From a virus: a DNA stretch of 18,241 bases. The stretch's first letter is position 1; the number at the start of each line of letters is the position of its first letter. This document shows positions 7,199-12,549 of this stretch, one piece after another. The stretch spans positions 1-18,241 of the IMG/VR virus record IMGVR_UViG_3300045988_125687. One strand, written 5' to 3'. The notes under the pieces are model-generated. The model saw only the letters and a list, made by a program, of their open reading frames with translations, searched no databases and was not told the origin of the DNA. A program made the position numbers and the translations under genes.

Positions 7199-8029
7199 TT
7201 ACACGGCCAGTCTGACGGCATCCAACGCGCTGCGTAGCCTGCTGTCGGGCATGGCCACGTAAATCTGCGTAGTCTCCACCGACGAATGCCCGAGCAGACG
7301 TGCGACCAGGAACAGGTCGTGTGTCTGCTCGTAGGTCTTCGTCGCGTACCGGTGCCGCAGGCTGTGACAGCCCCACCCGTCCGGCAGCAACCGCGAGATA
7401 TGCCGGTTGACATAGCTTTGCTCGACATGGCCGCCCCATCGGCCGGGCAGCAGCCATCCGCCGCAATGCTCGATGTAATCGGCCAGATCGTCCGGCAGCG
7501 GCACTATGCGCTGCTTGTCGCCCTTGCCGGTGATTATCAGCGATTTGCCTAAAAGGTCGTCCATCACGTCGCGGCTGTGCACCTTCGCTATCTCGCCGCG
7601 CCTCAATCCGCACTCCGCCGCCAGTCTGACCATGACCCGCTCACGCTCGGTGGCCTTGTGCAGAGCGGCGATGATGTACTTGTCTGGGCATGGCCTCGGC
7701 TTGGGCTTGGGACGCTTGATTTTGGGGAGTTCGTCACTCGGATCGTCGCCGCGCCGGCCGGTGGTATACAGCCATCCGTAGAAGCTGCTCAGCGTGTTGC
7801 GGTATCCCTTGCGGCTTTCCGGTTTCCATTTCTGCGCCGCCATCCAATGCACCATGTCTTCAGCCGTGACTTCCAAAGGCGTCTTTGCCAGATCACGTGC
7901 GGCCTTGGTTATCTTGCAGCGCCGGCACCGCACCGTTTCGTCACTGAGACCGGCCGCCTTCAGAGATTCAAGCCAATCATTGATGTCTTCCGCCCATGAC
8001 GCCGGCGGTGGCGTTCGTTTCATGCTCAT
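7199..8029 (-). CDS. int: Tyrosine integrase (short, XerC/D-like, 276 aa)
   Basis: The C-terminal catalytic signature is present: RRGE...HSLRHRYAT...LLGHSSVETTQIYV (R, H-x-x-R, Y). It is adjacent to the attP-like tRNA fragment. The C-terminus ends in RLAV. Confidence 0.9.
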   Translation of the reverse strand: MSMKRTPPPASWAEDINDWLESLKAAGLSDETVRCRRCKITKAARDLAKTPLEVTAEDMVHWMAAQKWKPESRKGYRNTLSSFYGWLYTTGRRGDDPSDELPKIKRPKPKPRPCPDKYIIAALHKATERERVMVRLAAECGLRRGEIAKVHSRDVMDDLLGKSLIITGKGDKQRIVPLPDDLADYIEHCGGWLLPGRWGGHVEQSYVNRHISRLLPDGWGCHSLRHRYATKTYEQTHDLFLVARLLGHSSVETTQIYVAMPDSRLRSALDAVRLAV

Positions 8030-8054
8030 GGTTCACCATCACACCACCAGCACG

Positions 8055-8519
8055 CTACGCCGCTAGAATATAAGCCGATAATCGGCCGTCATGGATTTGG
8101 ACCATGTTCCTCTGGCACACCATGTTGCCAGAGGTCCATGGTTCAAATCCATGCCCCGCTACGAACGAGGATCGATAAAGATCCTTGATGAACAACCTCG
8201 GAGTGGTTAATCCACCCCGAGGTTTTTTGTTGTCTCCACGGAGTTCTGCGGACGATAAATCAGGGTTAAGCAACGTAGCCACATCCGTATTCAAGAAGTC
8301 GGCTGCAGCCTGTGTCTCGTTGATTGTCCACGTGATTTCGCTGCGCAGCTTACGCGCAATCGTTTGAGGGGCAAGACCCAGCGCATTGGCTAAGTCTTTC
8401 TTTTGAAGGTGTCGCGCCGTGATCATCAGATTCACGTTGGCGGCGACAATATCTTGTGCATTTATCTTTGCCTGCGGCATGCTCATTGTTGCTGTCATAG
8501 TTACATAATACAACGTCAT
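8055..8519 (-). CDS. XRE-family HTH immunity repressor with a long C-terminal extension ending in -LAA (virally encoded form)
   Basis: The HTH is LQKKDLANALGLAPQTIARKL. The gene is divergent from a Cro-like gene. The ORF stays open antisense through the terminator hairpin and tRNA fragment and ends SAYILAA-stop. The start is ambiguous (ATG at 8519, 8498, 8486 or 8480). Confidence 0.75.
   Translation of the reverse strand: MTLYYVTMTATMSMPQAKINAQDIVAANVNLMITARHLQKKDLANALGLAPQTIARKLRSEITWTINETQAAADFLNTDVATLLNPDLSSAELRGDNKKPRGGLTTPRLFIKDLYRSSFVAGHGFEPWTSGNMVCQRNMVQIHDGRLSAYILAA
8090..8153. repeat. 64-bp near-perfect palindrome centred on an 8-bp spacer (CACCATGT, 8118-8125); candidate attP core
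   Basis: Arms 8090-8117 and 8126-8153 match at 25/28 positions. Matching blocks are CATGGATTTG/CAAATCCATG, an ACCATG block, and CCTCTGGCA/TGCCAGAGG. Confidence 0.7.
8127..8164 (+). other. 3' portion of a tRNA gene (no 5' half): attP homology segment
   Basis: Components are GCCAG (anticodon-stem 3' strand), AGGTC (variable loop), the T-arm CATGG-TTCAAAT-CCATG, and CCCCGCT+A (acceptor 3' strand plus discriminator). No complementary 5' acceptor strand lies upstream, and the anticodon-loop geometry is non-canonical. A CAT triplet is present, but the isotype cannot be assigned. Confidence 0.6.
8196..8228 (+). terminator. Rho-independent terminator following the tRNA fragment
   Basis: CCTCGG-A-GTGG TTAAT CCAC-C-CCGAGG followed by TTTTTT (8223-8228). 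It is plus-strand oriented, as expected downstream of a tRNA gene, and lies inside the minus-strand repressor ORF. Confidence 0.65.
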
Positions 8520-8580
8520 TTTACTTTTATACGGCGTGTCTTATTTGAGACAACAGTATTTTGGCTGTAGAAAGTAACAC
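8520..8580. promoter_or_regulatory. Divergent repressor/Cro switch region
   Basis: This 61-bp AT-rich intergenic region has a mirrored motif just upstream of both start codons (minus strand TATAAAAGTAA-ATG; plus strand TGTAGAAAGTAACAC-ATG). An imperfect palindrome GTCTTATTTGAGAC lies at 8537-8550. No strong SD is present on either side, so the mRNAs may be leaderless. Confidence 0.5.
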
Positions 8581-8829
8581 ATGGTTTTAGTCTGTACGTC
8601 TGATGTCATATCGGACAGATTGAGAGAGCTAATGAGGCAACAGCACATTACCCAGCGTTCCCTTGCCTCAGAAATCGGACTGTCGTTTCAGCTTCTTAAC
8701 GCAAAGCTCCATGGCCGCGCTAATTACACTTCGCGTGACCTTGTTCGTATTGCTGATTTCTTCGATGTGAGTCTCGACTACCTGACTGGCCGTTCCGATT
8801 ACACGAAACCTTTGGAGGTTGTGTCTTGA
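8581..8829 (+). CDS. Cro-like XRE-family HTH regulator
   Basis: 82 aa. The HTH is ITQRSLASEIGLSFQLLNAKL and a DYLTG motif is present. The gene is divergent from the repressor. Confidence 0.75.
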   Translation: MVLVCTSDVISDRLRELMRQQHITQRSLASEIGLSFQLLNAKLHGRANYTSRDLVRIADFFDVSLDYLTGRSDYTKPLEVVS

Positions 8830-9023
8830 GCAGTGAGAAAGTGCCCGTGCAGGTGTCCGCGCGCGAGGGCTACAAGGTGAAGAAGTCCCGTACCGGCAAG
8901 GCCGTCATGGTATTCGGCTTCCCGATGTCGTTGGAGGAGATGGACACGGTGCGGGCTGAGTTCGAGTCCCAGCTGGCCTATCAATCGCGCATCATGCGCG
9001 AGGATCGCATGATGAGGTTCTGA
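8826..9023 (+). CDS. Hypothetical early protein (65 aa)
   Basis: The TTG start overlaps the Cro stop (TTGA). No recognisable motif. Confidence 0.45.
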   Translation: MSSEKVPVQVSAREGYKVKKSRTGKAVMVFGFPMSLEEMDTVRAEFESQLAYQSRIMREDRMMRF

Positions 9024-9028
9024 TGGTC

Positions 9029-9853
9029 TCACAGGTCCCGTTGTTCCTTGTAATCGCTGAATCGTTGTTGGCTTTCCAGGCTTCGTCTTACCCCGAGCTC
9101 GCTGGTCCAGACGATGCCGATACGGAGATCAGCGCCGGGGATGTCGACAAGATTGGCTCTTCTGCCAGCCTCGCCTTCTTCGACGATCTCTTGTCGTATG
9201 AGCGTGCCGTCGAGGATGATCTGGCCTATAGGCGGCAGACTGTCGGCGTGCCCTTCGGCTATGACCTGATCCTTGAGTCTGACGAGTACATGAACGTCGT
9301 TTGCCGTGAGGCCGCACTGATTGCGGATCGTAAGAGCGGGCATGTGGGCATCGTACTCGGCCGTCCATTCGTAGACAGTCTGGTCGCGGCTGGCACTCAA
9401 CGCTCGTTGGCTGATCAGGTTCGCGTTTTCACTTATCTGGTTCGCATTTCCTGCAAGCTCGTTGGCTCTCGTGGCGGCGTCACGGGATTCGGCGGCGATG
9501 CGGTTTGCTTCTTCCGCATGATTGTTGGCATCCTTCGCCGCCTCGTTCGCATTGTGCGTCTGGAAATACGCGACGAAGCCGACGACTACCGAAACGAGAA
9601 GCGCCAGTGCTGAAAGGATGTTATCGGCGTCAATACCGGCAATGATTTGGCCCCAGTTCACGATTCTTCCTTCCTCCGTCATCTGCGACGGTTGGTTTTT
9701 GTGCGATTCCCAGCTTACGCAGCCGGGGGAAGGAACCCTTTTCAACCATTCGACCGATGGAGGTTTGCCGTGGTTAGTCACATTCAGGTCACTCGCGAAT
9801 CTGCCGAGTATTTCTGTGTTCGCCTGTTGGATCTCTATGGGCCGCGCGCTCAT
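9029..9853 (-). CDS. Membrane-anchored coiled-coil protein (274 aa), reverse-oriented moron; candidate superinfection exclusion/defence function
   Basis: One TM helix (ILSALALLVSVVVGFVAYF) is followed by Asn/Ala heptad-like repeats (ANEAAKDAN..AEEAN..TRAN..AGNANQISENANLISQRA). The ORF is continuous across the stop of the competing plus-strand ORF. First-codon positions are purine-rich. Local GC is lower than in the structural genes. Confidence 0.55.
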   Translation of the reverse strand: MSARPIEIQQANTEILGRFASDLNVTNHGKPPSVEWLKRVPSPGCVSWESHKNQPSQMTEEGRIVNWGQIIAGIDADNILSALALLVSVVVGFVAYFQTHNANEAAKDANNHAEEANRIAAESRDAATRANELAGNANQISENANLISQRALSASRDQTVYEWTAEYDAHMPALTIRNQCGLTANDVHVLVRLKDQVIAEGHADSLPPIGQIILDGTLIRQEIVEEGEAGRRANLVDIPGADLRIGIVWTSELGVRRSLESQQRFSDYKEQRDL

Positions 9854-9929
9854 TTGGACGTAATCATCAGCGCCGATGACTTGAGTCAGTGGCGCGACCG
9901 GATCAATGAGGCTCTACAGGAGGTGGACA

Positions 9930-10142
9930 ATGTCGGTGTTTGACCCTGAGTCCAGCAGCAACCGTTTCAGTGCGGAGTTCAAGCTGACCGGCGATGCGGG
10001 GAGCCCGTATGAGTTCGGTATCCGGTTCCGCGTGGATGGTGATTATTTCGCGGTTGATGGCCTGTCGATGGGTGACATGGTTCGTATCAATCGTGAGTTC
10101 GCCAGGGTTATCAGGGAGGCGAAGCATGCACGGGTTGTATAA
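9930..10142 (+). CDS. Hypothetical early protein (70 aa)
   Basis: ATG at 9930 follows SD AGGAGG (9918-9923); this is the internal Met of track ORF 9906..10142. Confidence 0.5.
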   Translation: MSVFDPESSSNRFSAEFKLTGDAGSPYEFGIRFRVDGDYFAVDGLSMGDMVRINREFARVIREAKHARVV

Positions 10143-10290
10143 ATGCGTTCTCACGTTCTGTGCGGTGTTCGTGGGTTTGATTCTGGCCGTCATGGGTCTG
10201 TGGGCATTGGTCGGCGTCACCTGCCTGTGTGCGGGCATGGTGCTGGCGGATGTTCCCGAGCGTATCGGCGGGAGGTATGGCCATGAGTAG
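10126..10290 (+). CDS. Small two-helix membrane protein (54 aa)
   Basis: ATG at 10126 follows GGGAGGCGAAGC. Sequence MHGLYKCVLTFCAVFVGLILAVMGLWALVGVTCLCAGMVLA. Confidence 0.45.
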   Translation: MHGLYKCVLTFCAVFVGLILAVMGLWALVGVTCLCAGMVLADVPERIGGRYGHE

Positions 10291-10471
10291 GGGTGCTCCG
10301 AAGTCGATGGGTTACCGGTTCCAGTCGGTGCGCACCCGTGATGGCGTGATGCTGGTGGTCACGCCGTACACGGAGCGCGGCGACTGCATGGCGAAACTGT
10401 ATGCGTTCACGCGCGAGGAGACGCGGGCGCTGATCTCGTGTCTGGATATCCTGCCGGACGGCCCCGAGTAG
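10277..10471 (+). CDS. Hypothetical early protein (64 aa)
   Basis: ATG at 10277 (or 10283) follows GGGAGG; this is the C-terminal part of track ORF 10229..10471. Confidence 0.45.
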   Translation: MAMSRGAPKSMGYRFQSVRTRDGVMLVVTPYTERGDCMAKLYAFTREETRALISCLDILPDGPE

Positions 10472-10928
10472 CCGTTTATTTGATATTCGGCGATGTATTC
10501 GCGTGTATTTTCTCGTATTTCCGCGTGCCCGACGCTATTCGGGTCACTTGAGAATGTAATGGCTGTGATGGCGCGTATGGCTACGCCTAGCCCTACCTAT
10601 GCCCGCTGTGGTGGCGGGAAGCCGGCCGCATTGCAACTGCGGTACTTGCGAGACTAAGAGGTTGCCACCGACCCTATCCAGCCGCTGGTAAAGGCGGAAT
10701 CGGGCAGCACTACCACGCGATTGTGTGGGGCTGGATTTGGGGACCATTCCCGGCAGGCTTCGGCCTGCTCTTGCAATCGACGGCCGACCGACCGAAAGCG
10801 AGACCCACTTGAGGATTCTCGGCCGAGATTTCGCGTTGCGCGTCTCGGCCGAGAATCTTCGGGTCTTGACCTCTCCAGCACTCCCTCCCAAAAGGGACAT
10901 GAGAAACCAAGCAAGGAGATTACGGATT
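10472..10928. other. About 457-bp non-coding region dense in short repeats and hairpins (candidate origin or regulatory hub, possibly a structured RNA)
   Basis: No convincing ORF. GTATT(C/T) repeats occur at 10482-10520. Multiple stable hairpins are present, including GCAGGC-TTCG-GCCTGC at 10753-10768. ACTTGAG motifs occur three times. A twin 12-bp palindrome lies at 10817-10854. Confidence 0.5.
10811..10860. repeat. Two copies of the perfect 12-bp palindrome TCTCGGCCGAGA within a 15-bp perfect inverted repeat
   Basis: GATTCTCGGCCGAGA (10814-10828), a 14-nt spacer, then TCTCGGCCGAGAATC (10843-10857). The palindrome centres are 26 bp apart, about 70 bp upstream of the HTH gene at 10929. Confidence 0.8.
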
Positions 10929-11237
10929 ATGAGCAAGGCAACGTTCGAGCACACACTCAAGGACGCGGGAATCAGACTGCTTCCGAAGCTGAACGAGTTC
11001 GTCCGGGCGAGGAAGACCACCGAGAGCTTTCTGGTGACCATCGAGCAGATCGCGCGCTGGGCCGGACTGACCAGACGCAACGGCCGCATCGATGATAACC
11101 AGGCGTACAGGATGATGATGTTGGCCGAATGCCCGGCCTCCAAGGTGCGCCGTTACGGCATGAGATGCTGGGACGCGCGCGAGGCCATGCAGGCTTTGGC
11201 GAAGTGGACCGGCGCGTGGGCTTGGGTGGTGGACTGA
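10929..11237 (+). CDS. Hypothetical protein with a possible HTH (102 aa)
   Basis: ATG at 10929 follows SD AAGGAG (10912-10917). The segment VTIEQIARWAGLTRRN looks HTH-like. The upstream part of track ORF 10725..11237 is non-coding. Confidence 0.5.
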   Translation: MSKATFEHTLKDAGIRLLPKLNEFVRARKTTESFLVTIEQIARWAGLTRRNGRIDDNQAYRMMMLAECPASKVRRYGMRCWDAREAMQALAKWTGAWAWVVD

Positions 11238-11605
11238 TGGCGCGCACGAAACCGAGCCTTGCCGAGGCGTTGAGCCCCTGGTCCGCTCCGCATGACGCGG
11301 CCGACCTGTTGGAGGGCTTCAGACTCGCCATCAACGCACTGGCCGAGAAACAGCATACGGGGTTGCCCGATTCGATGCGCGTGTTGAAGGTCCTGCACCT
11401 GCGCAAGGGTACCGAACTGGCAGCTCTCGGCGGCGACTGGCCGGCCATGGGAGTGCGGCGTATCTGCGGCGCGTGGACGTTGGACGCACGCCAGTTCAAC
11501 CTGTGGGCGCAGGGGCGGATATCGGTGTTCCGGCGCAAGGCCGCGCAGTCTGGCCAGACGGCCCCATCGCAGGCATCGATGCAATCGAAGTTGAATCTGT
11601 TCTAG
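11237..11605 (+). CDS. Hypothetical protein (122 aa)
   Basis: The start is TGATG-coupled at 11237. No recognisable motif. Confidence 0.45.
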   Translation: MARTKPSLAEALSPWSAPHDAADLLEGFRLAINALAEKQHTGLPDSMRVLKVLHLRKGTELAALGGDWPAMGVRRICGAWTLDARQFNLWAQGRISVFRRKAAQSGQTAPSQASMQSKLNLF

Positions 11606-11614
11606 GGGGGTTGG

Positions 11615-11812
11615 ATGAATCCGAGGGCGAAGCTCACTACCGCGCAGGCGGCCACATATCTGCACAAATCGCAGCGTCAGATGGAGCGCATGAGGTCGAA
11701 TGGCACTGGTCCGGAGTGGTTCAAGGCGGGTGATGCCATCAACTCGCCGTGCCTGTACGAGCTGGCCGATCTGGATATGTGGGTGAAAACGCAGAAGGGG
11801 AAGGTGGAGTGA
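11615..11812 (+). CDS. xis: Excisionase-family / MerR-like HTH protein (HTH_17-like), candidate Xis/RDF
   Basis: 65 aa. LTTAQAATYLHKSQRQMERMRSNGTGPEWFKAG...LYELADLDMW fits the small excisionase/AlpA-type pattern. Confidence 0.6.
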   Translation: MNPRAKLTTAQAATYLHKSQRQMERMRSNGTGPEWFKAGDAINSPCLYELADLDMWVKTQKGKVE

Positions 11813-12549
11813 TGGCGAGGCGTCAGGTTGTCGGTGCGCGCGTAAGGCAGACCGTCATCGATTTGTGGGGCAATGAATGCTGGCTGAATCTGCCCGGCTG
11901 CACCAAGGTCGGTGAAGAGGATGACCATATCATTCCGTTCAAGGCCGGTGGCCAGGGCACGGTTGCGAACATCCGGCGTGCCTGCAAGCATTGCAACATC
12001 AGCCGAAGCAATCGCGTGCTGTCGGGCTATGGGGCCACGTTGCATGTGGTCATGGGGCCTCCGTGCGCGGGCAAGAGCTCGTATGTGGCCGAACATGCCG
12101 GCAACGGCGCGCTTATCCTGGACTTCGACCGTTTGGCCGAAGCGTTGATGCTTGACGTGGATGTGAAGCACGAGGCCACTGGCCCGCTCGTGGCCACGGC
12201 GCAAGGGGCTTGGCAGGGTGCCTATAACAAGCTCGCCAGAATGAACGCGCCGGTCGAGGTGTGGCTTATCAAGTCATTGCCGTCCACTCGCGCGCACCCG
12301 CGCCTGTTGGATGAATGGCTGGCCCTTGACTACGAGCTGCATGTGGTGGACCCCGGCGCATCCATGGTGTTCGACCGGCTCACTGCCGAGCATCGCAACG
12401 AGGGTGCGAAGCTCACGGCAAGGCAATGGTATTCGCTCCATCTCACGCAGGAATTGCTGGACGCGAGGCAGCGTGCGCGACGCGCCAGACTCGCGGCGCT
12501 CGGTTTGCGCGATCAATGCGAACGAATCGACGCGCGGCCGCAATGGTAG
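11812..12549 (+). CDS. HNH endonuclease domain fused to a P-loop NTPase/kinase-like domain
   Basis: The start is TGATG-coupled at 11812; 245 aa. The N-terminus is CWLNLPGC...DHIIP...N...CKHCN (HNH). This is followed by GPPCAGKSS (Walker A) and ALILDFD (Walker B-like). It lies immediately upstream of the terminase genes. Confidence 0.7.
   Translation: MARRQVVGARVRQTVIDLWGNECWLNLPGCTKVGEEDDHIIPFKAGGQGTVANIRRACKHCNISRSNRVLSGYGATLHVVMGPPCAGKSSYVAEHAGNGALILDFDRLAEALMLDVDVKHEATGPLVATAQGAWQGAYNKLARMNAPVEVWLIKSLPSTRAHPRLLDEWLALDYELHVVDPGASMVFDRLTAEHRNEGAKLTARQWYSLHLTQELLDARQRARRARLAALGLRDQCERIDARPQW

Noticed and set aside
6567-7215. Alternative plus-strand frames over the endolysin (6567..6857, 6595..7215)
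   Set aside because: These are off-frame Arg/Pro-rich translations. The frame 6518..7183 carries clear CHAP and SH3b motifs.
7056-7613. Minus-strand 185-aa ORF and plus-strand ORFs (7286..7552, 7506..7781, 7577..7999, 7794..8066) overlapping the integrase
   Set aside because: The integrase frame 7199..8029 has the full tyrosine recombinase catalytic signature. The others are shadow frames.
8090-8164. A complete tRNA gene
   Set aside because: Only the 3' part is present (T-arm plus acceptor 3' strand). No complementary 5' acceptor strand (AGCGGGG or CGCGGGG) or D-arm lies upstream, and the would-be anticodon loop is 10 nt between the CTGGC/GCCAG stems. It is called as an attP tRNA fragment instead. 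The CAT triplet hints at tRNA-Met but cannot be placed at positions 34-36 with canonical geometry.
8185-8367. 60-aa plus-strand ORF inside the repressor gene
   Set aside because: It is antisense to the HTH-encoding frame, starts within the terminator hairpin, and has no SD or recognisable features.
9023-9613. 196-aa plus-strand ORF, TGATG-coupled to the preceding gene
   Set aside because: It is the exact in-register antisense of the 274-aa minus-strand ORF. The minus ORF continues uninterrupted through this ORF's stop and the following gap, and it has a clean TM helix and coiled coil. The C-terminal third of the plus ORF is Arg/Cys/Phe-rich, like a shadow frame. The decision is not certain; about 0.35 probability remains that the plus ORF is real.
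10545-10817. Direct repeats CACTTGAG(A/G)AT at 10545 and 10806 as target-site duplications of a 260-bp MITE-like insertion
   Set aside because: The perfect core is only 8 bp, and no terminal inverted repeats lie just inside the repeats. An 8-mer recurring within about 500 bp is not unlikely by chance. It is noted only as part of the repeat-rich hub.
10544-11143. 199-aa minus-strand ORF, plus plus-strand ORFs 10721..11095 and the 5' part of 10725..11237, across the non-coding hub
   Set aside because: They are mutually overlapping, have Ser/Arg/Pro-rich low-complexity translations and no SD, and run antisense to the SD-supported gene 10929..11237. They are treated as non-coding.
12534-12541. 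GCGGCCGC palindrome followed by a T7 tract as a terminator for the HNH gene
   Set aside because: The palindrome has no loop and lies within the coding sequence. The possible CGAC/GTCG stem is only 4 bp. This is too weak to call a terminator, so the T7 tract is reported as part of the AT island.
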